Assembly (NCBI GenBank): GCA_965209055.1
Contig: OZ242374.1
Coordinates: 160,001 to 224,000, forward strand
Direction: 5' to 3'
Length of the DNA stretch: 64,000 nt
DNA from: Acidobacteriota bacterium
GTDB lineage: Bacteria; Acidobacteriota; UBA6911; RPQK01; JAJDTT01
Shown here: piece by piece, positions 30,424 through 39,672 of the stretch
Position numbering within the stretch: the first letter of the stretch is position 1
How the letters are laid out: each line of letters opens with the position of its first letter
Translations under genes and position numbers: made by a program
The notes under the pieces: generated by a model
Databases searched by the model: none
Told to the model about the DNA's origin: nothing
The model's input: the letters and a program-made list of their open reading frames with translations, nothing else

Positions 30424-30535
30424 CGACGCCTATCTCCTCGACATGTGGATGGCGGCGCGCGAGGCGAGACGATTCGCCGTGAGCCTGACGTTTCCGGAGT
30501 TCGAGCAAAACCGCATGCCGCAATCTGCCATAGTC
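30413..30535 (+). pseudogene. Truncated HEPN/DUF86 toxin
   Basis: MRRSDAYLLDMWMAAREARRF...FEQNRMPQSAIV stops resembling HEPN where the convergent DUF1295 gene ends; no RxxxxH motif. Confidence 0.75.
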
Positions 30536-31388
30536 AGTTGTCAAGTTTCTTGCAGCCGATCCGAGTCAAGGGAATGAACCGAGGCGTCGAGGCCTGATAG
30601 TCGCGGTACGAGGGGTATCGATCCAGAGATATGGATTCGGTCAATCTTGTCGACCCGCCAAAGATGAACATCAGGAAAATGAATCCCAGGCCGGACCAAT
30701 GGATCCATTGGCCGGTTGCCGCGACCCCGAACAGGTAGAACACGGTCCACATGCCCATCTCGCAGACAAAACTGGGATGGCGGCAATACTGGAACAAGCC
30801 GCTGGTGACGAAGGGCTGCGTCACGGGTTCACCCGCCTCGATCCTGCGCTTCTTGTCCTGCTGAAACGTCCACATCTGCTGGTCGTTGATCGCTTCCACG
30901 ACCCAAAACGCCACGAACAGTGCCATCGCGGCGGCATCCAGGACATTCAGGGGCCGATCCTGCCGGGTCCAGGCCTGATGCACCGGAGACGTGAACAGCC
31001 AGATGACGAGCAACTGCCCGGGTGCGACGAAGGTGAGATTGAGGATTTGAAACTTGATCGGACCAAGCTGTTCCCGCAAGACTTTCCAGCGATAGTCTTC
31101 ACCGCCGCGCCGATACCCGCCCTTGCGAGCCAGATTGAAGGTCAATCGGACCCCCCACGCAAAAACCAGGAGCGCCATGACGTTGAGCCGCGCCGAACCG
31201 AAGTCCGAGTCGGCGGCCACCATCAGGCAATAGATGGGGGGACAGACGGTCCAGATGCGGTCCACCCAGGAATATTCGCGGGTGATGACCGACAAGAGCC
31301 AGCAGGCGATGGCGAGAACCACCGTCAGGTCGAGGGCTGCTCCGTACGGAGTGCCCTGAAGCGGATGGGAAATGAGGTTGATGTCCAT
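30534..31388 (-). CDS. DUF1295 (steroid-reductase-like) membrane protein
   Basis: YSWVDRIW, WGVRLTFN, EDYRW, GLFQYCRHP, YQASTPRFIP. Confidence 0.88.
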   Translation of the reverse strand: MDINLISHPLQGTPYGAALDLTVVLAIACWLLSVITREYSWVDRIWTVCPPIYCLMVAADSDFGSARLNVMALLVFAWGVRLTFNLARKGGYRRGGEDYRWKVLREQLGPIKFQILNLTFVAPGQLLVIWLFTSPVHQAWTRQDRPLNVLDAAAMALFVAFWVVEAINDQQMWTFQQDKKRRIEAGEPVTQPFVTSGLFQYCRHPSFVCEMGMWTVFYLFGVAATGQWIHWSGLGFIFLMFIFGGSTRLTESISLDRYPSYRDYQASTPRFIPLTRIGCKKLDN

Positions 31389-31439
31389 TGACCTGATCTT
31401 TTTGGCCCGGGCTGGACCCGGAGCGCCGTTTTTCGGCTG

Positions 31440-32948
31440 CTATCGGAACCTCAGGGAGTAGAGATCCGCGTCCTTCATCACCAGGCGCAGGCGCACCGGA
31501 TTCCCGGCGAGGCGCCGGAGAGGCCTGTCCGAAATCGCTTTGCGGTGACTTCGCTCCCACCGGACCACCTGCTCGATCTCGTCCCCCCAGATCAGCGGCG
31601 ACTCCTCCAGGGAGAACCCGGGAACGGGGTGGCCGCGGACATCCTGTATCTCCACCCGGATGCTGCCGGCGGCCGAGGTGGCGAAGTTGAGCACCAGGTT
31701 GTCCCCCTCGAAGAGCAGCGGCTTGGTGATTATTTCGCCCCCGGACCAGCCGGCGTGGACCGAGACGAACCCATCGGTGCGCAGCACCAGCCGCTGCAGG
31801 TGGTTGGTGGGCGCCGAGCGGTGACGCTCGACGTAGAGGGAGATTTCGTCCTCGGCGGTGGGGACGATGCCCCGCGCCGGCGTATTGGTCCGCTGGGGCC
31901 AGTTGCGCGGGTCGCGGCCGGGCCGGATGAACGACTCCAGGAAGCGCCGGTCCCAGCGGACCCCGTCGCGGCTGCTCATGAAGACGCCGTCGGACGCGCC
32001 CGGCACCGGGGCGTCCGGGTAGAGCTGCCGCCAGGGGAGAAAACGTCTCGGCAAAGCCAGAAAGAGGTGCGGGGCGCGGAAATAGGCGACGGTGCCGTTG
32101 GTGTAGAGGTGTTCCGGAGGAGTGTCTCCGAAGTCGCCCCACTGCCCGGCCGTCCAATCCAGAAAATTCGCTGAGGTGGCGTGCTTGATGGTTCGCACGC
32201 CGTGGCGGAAGTCGCGGTAGAAGGCGACGTAGCGGTTTCGCACCGAGTCCCAGAGGGTGACGTTCAGGGAATCGAATTTCCCGTCGGTGAGAAGCGGCTC
32301 CTCCCGCAGCCGCTTCCAGCGGATGCCGTCCGGGGAGACGTAACCCAGCAGCACCGGTTGTCCGTCCATCCGGCCGCTGCCCACCGCCTTGTAGCGCTGC
32401 CCGGGAGGGGCGTCGGGATTGGTGTCCTTGAAGGGGGAGAAGTTGTGCCCGCCGGAGCCGGTCCAGACGATGTTGTTGTCCGTGGAGCCGTTGAACTCGA
32501 ACCGGCCGAGCGACGGCCGGGTCCAGATGATCCCGTCACGACTCTCGGCGTAGCAGGCCACCTGGGGGTGATCCGGCACGGACGTTTCACCCGGCCTCAA
32601 AAGGGAGGGGACCGCGTATCCCCCGGAGCTGGCGCCCCGGTAGTACATGCGGTAACGGCCGCCGTCCCGGAACACGGTGACGTAGCCGCTGTTTCCCCCT
32701 TCCCATTCCCGGTCGAAGGAGAGCACCCGCTCCGCCGGACGGGGAGAGTGAAGCTTCAGCCGCACTCCCTTCAGCGACTCGATGAGGTGGCCGTCCACGA
32801 ACAATTCGAGCCGGGAGCCGATGGACAGGGAGTCGGGCTGTGTCTTCGGAGAGGGCTCGGCAACCGCGGCGAGGGACACGGAAACAAAACAGGCGGCCAT
32901 CGGTGCCGCCCTCATCGTTCCTCTTCCGTTCCGCCGAGGGACTTCCAT
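31440..32948 (-). CDS. Glycoside-hydrolase-like beta-propeller protein
   Basis: RLELFVD, YAESRDGIIWTRP, FDSLN, LRTDGFVSV. Confidence 0.75.
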   Translation of the reverse strand: MEVPRRNGRGTMRAAPMAACFVSVSLAAVAEPSPKTQPDSLSIGSRLELFVDGHLIESLKGVRLKLHSPRPAERVLSFDREWEGGNSGYVTVFRDGGRYRMYYRGASSGGYAVPSLLRPGETSVPDHPQVACYAESRDGIIWTRPSLGRFEFNGSTDNNIVWTGSGGHNFSPFKDTNPDAPPGQRYKAVGSGRMDGQPVLLGYVSPDGIRWKRLREEPLLTDGKFDSLNVTLWDSVRNRYVAFYRDFRHGVRTIKHATSANFLDWTAGQWGDFGDTPPEHLYTNGTVAYFRAPHLFLALPRRFLPWRQLYPDAPVPGASDGVFMSSRDGVRWDRRFLESFIRPGRDPRNWPQRTNTPARGIVPTAEDEISLYVERHRSAPTNHLQRLVLRTDGFVSVHAGWSGGEIITKPLLFEGDNLVLNFATSAAGSIRVEIQDVRGHPVPGFSLEESPLIWGDEIEQVVRWERSHRKAISDRPLRRLAGNPVRLRLVMKDADLYSLRFR

Positions 32949-33027
32949 GGGTCGGAATCCATATTGAGCTATTCTTGTACCAACTCTGACATTTCCTCGC
33001 TACGTCCGAGCAGCAAACGGAGGCGCC

Positions 33028-34653
33028 ATGGATCACAGGATGAAATCTCGTCGACGGTTTGGAGCATCCCGGGCCGCGGGCGCCGCTGGTCCGGCCCTGA
33101 TCATGGCGCTCTTGTCCATGCCGCCGCTATCCGCCACGGTCCTGGAAATCGGCACCGGAAAGCAACTCTTCATCGACGACTACGTCATCGAGTCGCTGGA
33201 CGGCACCGTCTTCAAGCTCTTGAACCAACCTCTCAAATATGCCGGGAATCCGGTGATCGAGATGGACCAGTGCTGGGAGGCGGACATGCATTTCGCCAAC
33301 TCTCCCAATCTGGTCTACGACGAGGCGGACCGCCGCTTCAAGATGTGGAATCAGGCGGTTAACTACTCCTGGTCCACCAGCCTGCTGGGCTACTACGTCT
33401 CGGAAGACGGCCTGAGCTGGGAGAAGCCGCCGGTCGGACAGTTCGAGTACAAGTCGGACTACTGCCGGAGAGAGGCGTCCGGTTCCCACAACTTCGTGTT
33501 CGGCAACGCCCATCGGCTGGGTGCTCCCGGAGTCTTCAAGGATCTTCACGAAACCGATCCCGCGAAACGCTACAAGATGCTCTACAACCGGAGGCGTCCC
33601 GAGAGCGGCGTCTGGGCCGCGTACTCGGCCGACGGAATCCAATGGAAGGACTACCCGTACCCGGAAGTGAATCCGGTCTACCTCAACAACGACACCCACC
33701 AGGCGGTGTTCTGGGACGAACGACGGGAGAGCTATGTGGCCCACATCCGGCTCAAGCCGCCCCTTTTCGCCGACGACCCCAGGTTTCACTTCAGGAACCG
33801 GAAAGGGAACGTCAGGACTCCCGGAATCGCCACCAGTCCCGACTTCATCCACTGGGACGCCCCCAAGGACATGCGGGATCCGGTGGAGGTGAACCGGAAG
33901 TACATCCTGGTGCCGCCCGACGCGGAGGACGGCCCCTGCACCGCCGGGTTCTACACCTTCGAGATCCTTCAGTACGAGGGGGTCTATGTGGGCTTCCTCA
34001 CCCCGTATCACGTCTGTCCCGGGATGGAGCCCGAGATTCCTCCGGTGCGGGGGAACGCCCGAAACCCCTGGATGGATCGGATCGACATCCAGTTGGCCTT
34101 CAGCCGGGACGGAAGGGTCTGGCAACGCGTGGGGAATCGGCGCACCTTCATCCCCAACGGTCCCGAGGGGAGCTACGACGCCGGCATGATCTTCGTGGCC
34201 CAGCAGCCGGTCGTGCGGGAGGAGCTGGAAGAAATCTGGATTTACTACGTGGGGTTCGAACGGGGCCACTGGGCCGTCCGGCGGGGCGGGAATCAGGAGA
34301 GCTCGGTGTCGCTGGCCACGCTGCGGCTGGACGGGTTTGTCTCGCTGACCGCGGGACAGGGATCGGTGACCACCAAGCCGCTGGTCTTCGCGGGAGAACG
34401 GTTGGAGATCAATGCCGACACGGCCGGACCTCAGGGCGAAGTCTCCGCCGAAATCCTGGACCCCGAGACGGGGCGGCCGATACCGGGCTACGCGAGAAAA
34501 GACTGCGACGCCTTCCAGGGAGATTCGGTCCGCCATGCCGTGACCTGGAAAGGCAAGGGGCGGGTGGGGCGGCTGGCCGGGCAACCGGTCCAACTGCGCT
34601 TCCATCTGAAGCAGGCCAAGCTCTTCTCCTTCCGCTTTCGTTACGGGGGATGA
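33028..34653 (+). CDS. Glycoside-hydrolase-like beta-propeller protein (close paralog of 18345-19961)
   Basis: Long near-identical peptide blocks shared with the 18.3-20 kb gene, e.g. DPVEVNRKYILVPPD and FIPNGPEGSYD. Confidence 0.75.
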   Translation: MDHRMKSRRRFGASRAAGAAGPALIMALLSMPPLSATVLEIGTGKQLFIDDYVIESLDGTVFKLLNQPLKYAGNPVIEMDQCWEADMHFANSPNLVYDEADRRFKMWNQAVNYSWSTSLLGYYVSEDGLSWEKPPVGQFEYKSDYCRREASGSHNFVFGNAHRLGAPGVFKDLHETDPAKRYKMLYNRRRPESGVWAAYSADGIQWKDYPYPEVNPVYLNNDTHQAVFWDERRESYVAHIRLKPPLFADDPRFHFRNRKGNVRTPGIATSPDFIHWDAPKDMRDPVEVNRKYILVPPDAEDGPCTAGFYTFEILQYEGVYVGFLTPYHVCPGMEPEIPPVRGNARNPWMDRIDIQLAFSRDGRVWQRVGNRRTFIPNGPEGSYDAGMIFVAQQPVVREELEEIWIYYVGFERGHWAVRRGGNQESSVSLATLRLDGFVSLTAGQGSVTTKPLVFAGERLEINADTAGPQGEVSAEILDPETGRPIPGYARKDCDAFQGDSVRHAVTWKGKGRVGRLAGQPVQLRFHLKQAKLFSFRFRYGG

Positions 34654-34699
34654 GGAAACCGAACGAAGAGAAGTGGCTGGTTTGAGGTGGGTTGACCCT

Positions 34700-34735
34700 T
34701 TACGGGGCTGAAGTGCCGACGAAGATCGACGTCAT
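34700..34735 (-). pseudogene. VapC/PIN toxin N-terminal stub
   Basis: MTSIFVGTSAP* (compare IFVDTSA), ATGA-coupled to the antitoxin stop. Confidence 0.55.
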
Positions 34736-34977
34736 TCGTCGTAGATTTCCGCCAGGTAGTCGTCGTGACGACGGCCCAGATCCTTCACGCCGCTGGATGC
34801 AATACCGGCAATGCTCAACAGCCCCTCCACGCCGGACTGTTTTTCCTTTAATCCTTCTCGGAGACTCTGTCGGACGAGGCGGCGAACCGCTTCGGAAATT
34901 GAAATCCTCTTCCGATGAGCCAGAGATCGGATCTGCTGATATTGCCTTTCTTCGAACTGAATCTGAGTTCGTACCAT
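34732..34977 (-). CDS. CopG/RHH-type antitoxin
   Basis: MVRTQIQF...ISISEAVRRLV...DLGRRHDDYL, a typical VapB-like ending. Confidence 0.8.
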   Translation of the reverse strand: MVRTQIQFEERQYQQIRSLAHRKRISISEAVRRLVRQSLREGLKEKQSGVEGLLSIAGIASSGVKDLGRRHDDYLAEIYDE

Positions 34978-35152
34978 GTCGTCATGCTGGGTTCGTGTCA
35001 TATCCCGGCCCGGCCGGACCGCCGCGGACACCCCTCGCGCCCCACCCGAACATTGCCGCCCACGCCACCAGTTTCTCGGGGGATCATGCCGGAGGGCCGC
35101 CGGTGCGGGTCGCTAATGAGGGGGATTCCAACAATGGCGCCCAAGGGCGGGG

Positions 35153-35719
35153 CTACGACTTGCTCAACTCGTCTCGAAGCACAATCGCCAAGACCTGCAA
35201 GATGCCGTCCATTTGCACTCCCATTTCAAAAGCGCATTTTTCCAGCACAGCCAAATAGGATTCGGAGGGAGTGTACTCAAACAGGCAATATCGAATGCAG
35301 TATTCTTGAATCCGGTAGTCAGACTTCCCGGCGACTTCCGCTCGGTGCTTTTCCACTTCACCCTTGGCCCATGAAGACGCATCAATCGAGCGTGCCGCCT
35401 CTTTGCCATGAGAGGTCAAGGTCATTGGGCTGTTCGTTCCAAACAGAGCCTCCCTTGGTCCTCCCAACAGAAACAAGATGAGGTTTCCGATTTTGTCTTC
35501 GATTTTGGCAAGGCGTCTGTCAACGCGCCCCCTCCACTCTGGAAAATCCTCGGTTGCCGTCAATAGGTCGTTGATTTTTTGTCTCCGTGCCCCTGCCTTC
35601 ATCAGTCCATTGATTGCGGCCGCAATAGCACAAAGAATCGCAGTGATCCCTGCCCCGACACCGATCACGTGGGTCAAATTCCAATTCGTCTCGTCAACCG
35701 TGATGGATTCAAGTGTCAT
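35153..35719 (-). CDS. Hypothetical membrane-anchored protein (start uncertain)
   Basis: One N-terminal hydrophobic helix, a short coiled coil and an SPMTLT..G motif; visibly lower GC than its neighbours. Confidence 0.55.
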   Translation of the reverse strand: MTLESITVDETNWNLTHVIGVGAGITAILCAIAAAINGLMKAGARRQKINDLLTATEDFPEWRGRVDRRLAKIEDKIGNLILFLLGGPREALFGTNSPMTLTSHGKEAARSIDASSWAKGEVEKHRAEVAGKSDYRIQEYCIRYCLFEYTPSESYLAVLEKCAFEMGVQMDGILQVLAIVLRDELSKS

Positions 35720-36204
35720 TGCCCAAAAGTTTGCGGGCAAGCTGGGGGATAGTGCGAGGGCTTCGGGCATTTGAGACTCCGATTCTCAGTTGTGGTTCAA
35801 CGAGGTCCCAGTCGTAATTATACCTTCGCTACCGAAAAGTTAACACAGGACTCGATGGCAGCGACGGATGGTACCACCATGGGAGCATGGACCACGTGCC
35901 AGATCGAATCGGACAGCCCGGCTTCCATTTTCTATCCCGGCCCATGGCGATGAAGATCCACTGGCTGCCGGCCGTCTCCGGGTCCGCCGATGTCCGACGC
36001 TGATCCTTGCTGGCGACATAGGACCAGGGTTCGTCTATCTCAACGACTGAGGCACTGGAACCACGAGACTCCGGTGCGCACGGAGTCAGGCCAGGACGTT
36101 AGTTGGGTTCCCAGGAGCACGAACGCCGATGCCGCGGTATGGCTGGAATACGGACGTCCCGGTTCGCTTATACGATCCGGAATCGGGGGTTAAAAACCTC
36201 ACTC

Positions 36205-37701
36205 CTACCCTTTTCGCCGGTCCCAGACGGTCAGTCCCGTGACGTCGCGCTCCCGGTTCGACCTTGATCTCAACAGCAGGCTGAAGAGCCAGGACCCGCA
36301 GAGGCAACTCAACAGCGCGACGGGCGTGTAGAAGATCCAGTGCATCTCGACGAAGTTCTGCACGTAGATGCTGAGCGGAAGCGAGATCCCCAGGGTGGCG
36401 GCCAGCCAGGCCGGGAAATGTCCCCTCCGGGTCAGGACTCCCAGCAGAAAGAGGCCCGTGACCGGCGCGGCCGTGAGGCCGCCCACCTTGCTCATGGTTT
36501 CCAGAATGCCGGCGCCTTCCGACACCAACAGGGCGGCGGCGGTGGCCAGCAGGCCCAGCCCCGCCGTCAAGGCCCGGGCCAGCATCAGGCTCTGCCGCTG
36601 GGTCAGGGGACGGTTCCTGAGAGGTGTCACGAAATCGACCTGGATCATGGTGGCTGAGGAGTGGATCCCCGAATCCACCGTGGACATGGCCGCGGCGAAG
36701 ACGGCGGCGATGAGCAGGCCCGAGAAGCCGGCCGGAAGGGCATGGATGATGTAGTAGGGCAGGATCCGGTCGCCGGCGACTCCCGGAGCGAGATGCTCGG
36801 GAAACACCTGGAAATAAGCGAAGATCCCGAGTCCGATCATGTAGAGCAGCGCGGCCAACAGGATTTCCAGCACCCGGTCCAGCAACAGCGCCCGCGTCAT
36901 CTCGCCGAGGCTCCTGGCCGCGAGCAGACGCTGCATGACCACCTGGTTGTTCCCGTAACCGAAGCCGGTGATGAAGTAACAGAGTAAGACCGCCAGTCCG
37001 GTGGCCTCGGCCCAGTCGAACCGGAGATCGGTCACCCCCAACTTGTCCGCGGTCAGGACGATCTCGAAGAATTGATCCAGGCCTCCCGGGAGCCGGTCGA
37101 CCAGCGAGAACGCGACCACCACCGCGCCCGTGGTCAGGATCACGAACTGGATCACGTCGGTCCAGATGACGGCCGCCAGTCCCCCCGTGCAGGTGTACGC
37201 CGTGGCCACCAGCCCCATGACCAGGATGGCGCGGGTCAGATCGATCCCGGTGACGGTGGAAAGAGCCAGGGCGGGGGCGTAAAGGGCGATTCCCATCCAG
37301 CCCTGGATCTGAAGCACGGCCAGAGCCGAGGCGGCGTAGCGGGCACGGTTCCCGAAGCGTGCGTTGACGTACTCGTAGATGGTGGTGACCTTGAGCCTAC
37401 GGTAGATGGGAAAATAGAGAGCGATCATCAGCGGCGTGGCCAGCAGCGCCGCCGGTCCCGCCAGCATGAGGGAGGCGTTGTCCTTGTAGGCGGCCGCCGG
37501 AGCTCCCAGGTAGGTGAGGCCGCTCAGCATGCTGGCGACGGTGCTCAATGCGACGGCCAGCCACGGCATGCTGCGTCCGGCCAGAAAATAGGACTCGGTG
37601 TTCCGCTGGCGTCCGGCCAGCGCCAGCGCCAGCACGGTGACTCCCAGCAGATAGGCCACGAGAACCAGGGCGTTGAGGGTGCCGAAGCTGGCTTGGTCCA
37701 C
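36205..37701 (-). CDS. Sodium:solute symporter (SSS family)
   Basis: YFLAGRSMPW, GGLAAVIWTD, AAAMSTVDS; many transmembrane segments. Confidence 0.92.
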   Translation of the reverse strand: MDQASFGTLNALVLVAYLLGVTVLALALAGRQRNTESYFLAGRSMPWLAVALSTVASMLSGLTYLGAPAAAYKDNASLMLAGPAALLATPLMIALYFPIYRRLKVTTIYEYVNARFGNRARYAASALAVLQIQGWMGIALYAPALALSTVTGIDLTRAILVMGLVATAYTCTGGLAAVIWTDVIQFVILTTGAVVVAFSLVDRLPGGLDQFFEIVLTADKLGVTDLRFDWAEATGLAVLLCYFITGFGYGNNQVVMQRLLAARSLGEMTRALLLDRVLEILLAALLYMIGLGIFAYFQVFPEHLAPGVAGDRILPYYIIHALPAGFSGLLIAAVFAAAMSTVDSGIHSSATMIQVDFVTPLRNRPLTQRQSLMLARALTAGLGLLATAAALLVSEGAGILETMSKVGGLTAAPVTGLFLLGVLTRRGHFPAWLAATLGISLPLSIYVQNFVEMHWIFYTPVALLSCLCGSWLFSLLLRSRSNRERDVTGLTVWDRRKG

Positions 37702-37746
37702 GGTGTGGAAAACTTCTGGGAAAACTGTGGAAAGGTTGTAGCCGAC

Positions 37747-38793
37747 TTAGAGCGGACGGCCCCAGGAGTCCATCTTCGGCTCCGGCGGCATCGAAATCCT
37801 CCTGCCTTCGTAGATCGACTGGGCCACCGCCTCGCAGAATTCCATGTAGCGGATCCCTTCTGCGAAATCGGGAGCCACCGGCGTGCCGCGCCGGATGGCC
37901 TCGATGAACTCGGCGTCCATGGTTCGGTCCCGCCGTTCTTCCCGCGGCATTTCGATGGGGTGCATCCCAGTATCGCCGCGGGTCATGCCGAACAGTTCTT
38001 CGTCTTCCACCAGCCCTCCCGGTTTTTCAACCAGCAGCTTGTAATCCAGCGCTCCCCGCGTGCCGTAGATCTCCACCGAGCTGCCCGGACCCCGGGGGAC
38101 CCGGAACGAAAGGTGAAAGCTGGCGGTGGCTCCTCCCTGCAACTCGGCCCCGATGGACAGGGACTGGGGCACGGACAACAGGTCTTCGCCGGTGGTGGCG
38201 ATCAGGGAGACGGGAGGGTCGATCCAGCGGTAGACGACCTCGGCCAGGATCCCCAGCATCATGGTGTTGACGCCCACCACCTCCGGGTCCAACAGCCAGG
38301 CGCCGGACTCGGGAAGGGCCGGAACCAGCGACGTGACCCGCACTTCCCGGAGGTCTCCCACGTAGCCCTGACTGAGCAGCCGGCGCATCACCCGGTCCCC
38401 CTTGAGGCCGAATCCGGCCGCATAGAGGGAGGTGACCAGGTCGGTCTTCCGGGAGGCTTCCAGCATCTGCCGGGCCTCGTTGAGGTTACGCGCCATCCTC
38501 GCCTGACAGAGGACGTGCTTGCCGGCATCCAGGGCGGCCACGGTGGCCGGCAGGTGGAGGTGAGGCGGGGTGGCGATCACCACGGCGTCGATGTCGCGGT
38601 TTTCGATGATCTGCACCCAGCGGTCGACCAGGTTGGGAATATTGAACTTCCGGGCCGCCGTTCGAGCCGTTTCCTTCCGGCGGGACCAGGCGTGGGTGAT
38701 CTCGACGCCGGGAACCCTCAGCAGCAGAGGGATGTGCCGGGCCTGGGCGATCTTTCCCGCTCCGATGATGCCGACCCTGATGATGTCCGTCAT
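37747..38793 (-). CDS. Gfo/Idh/MocA family oxidoreductase
   Basis: GIIGAG, IATPPHLH, GKHVLCQARM (variant of the usual EKP). Confidence 0.9.
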   Translation of the reverse strand: MTDIIRVGIIGAGKIAQARHIPLLLRVPGVEITHAWSRRKETARTAARKFNIPNLVDRWVQIIENRDIDAVVIATPPHLHLPATVAALDAGKHVLCQARMARNLNEARQMLEASRKTDLVTSLYAAGFGLKGDRVMRRLLSQGYVGDLREVRVTSLVPALPESGAWLLDPEVVGVNTMMLGILAEVVYRWIDPPVSLIATTGEDLLSVPQSLSIGAELQGGATASFHLSFRVPRGPGSSVEIYGTRGALDYKLLVEKPGGLVEDEELFGMTRGDTGMHPIEMPREERRDRTMDAEFIEAIRRGTPVAPDFAEGIRYMEFCEAVAQSIYEGRRISMPPEPKMDSWGRPL

Positions 38794-38817
38794 GGCGATT
38801 CTTCTCCCGGCAAATGT

Positions 38818-39531
38818 TCAGATCCACTCGCCCCGCCGGCGGGCCCGGTGGATCAGGATGCGGAGTTTGTCGGCCTCGTTGAGGTAGGGCTCGAACTTTT
38901 CCAGGAACCGGGCCAACGTCTCCTCCGGTGTCCTGCGGGTCGTGTCGATGCTGAACTTGTTGCGCATGGACGACCGTTCGAACTCGGCCTCGAACTCTTC
39001 CAGCACCCGCTCGATGTCGGGTTCCTGCAGCACGCCGTTGGGATGGGGGTTCTCCTTCATGCGCCGGGCGATGGTCTCGGGCGAAGCCTTCACCAGCACC
39101 AGCGGCATGTCGGGCGCGAACTCCAGGATGCTCTCTTCGAAGTGGTCCAGAACGGCCCGGCGCATCCAGGCCTGCTCTCCGGTGTAGTACCCGAAGTACA
39201 GCGCCCCGTAGATGGCGTTTTCGATGTGGAGGCCGACGGAAACGTAGTCCGGATTGCGAAGCGCGCCCGGCGTGAGGTGGTAGGTGACGCTGTAGCGCTG
39301 GATCATCTCCTTGGTCTTGGGGGTCAGGGCCAGGAACTGCTCCTGCTCTTCCGGCGTGAACAGGTTTTCGTCGTCGAGTCCGGGATGCCCGCTGACGTGC
39401 GGGATCTTCCAATGGTCATGGAAGGCCCTGAGACCGTTGTCCTCGCCCATGACCTCATGGCTCCAGCGCTGGATTCCGTCGGCCAGCGTTGTGGTCCCCG
39501 CGTATTCGCAGCCAATCAGAATGACTCTCAT
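38818..39531 (-). CDS. P-loop NMP-kinase-like protein with atypical Walker A
   Basis: ILIGCEYAGTTT, LVKASPETIARR, IDTT. Confidence 0.65.
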   Translation of the reverse strand: MRVILIGCEYAGTTTLADGIQRWSHEVMGEDNGLRAFHDHWKIPHVSGHPGLDDENLFTPEEQEQFLALTPKTKEMIQRYSVTYHLTPGALRNPDYVSVGLHIENAIYGALYFGYYTGEQAWMRRAVLDHFEESILEFAPDMPLVLVKASPETIARRMKENPHPNGVLQEPDIERVLEEFEAEFERSSMRNKFSIDTTRRTPEETLARFLEKFEPYLNEADKLRILIHRARRRGEWI

Positions 39532-39542
39532 CTCGTCTCCTT

Positions 39543-39672
39543 GGAGGGGGGACCGTCTTGTCCCCCTTCGTCCTTATTCCCGGTCCTGCTACGGCTCGTT
39601 TCTCCGCCGGAGTTCGGCGGTTAGGAAACCGCCGCTCCCGCTCCGGCCGGAAGGGCGATTTCCTAATCGCCC
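39543..39672. repeat. REP-like palindrome cluster
   Basis: GGAGGGGGGACCGTCTTGTCCCCC, CGGCGGTTAGGAAACCGCCGCTCC and GGGCGATTTCCTAATCGCCC. Confidence 0.75.

Noticed and set aside
18345-34653. Paralogous GH-like genes as ends of a recent inversion or a diversity-generating retroelement TR/VR pair
   Set aside because: Differences are spread across whole genes and are not adenine-specific; no reverse transcriptase is present.
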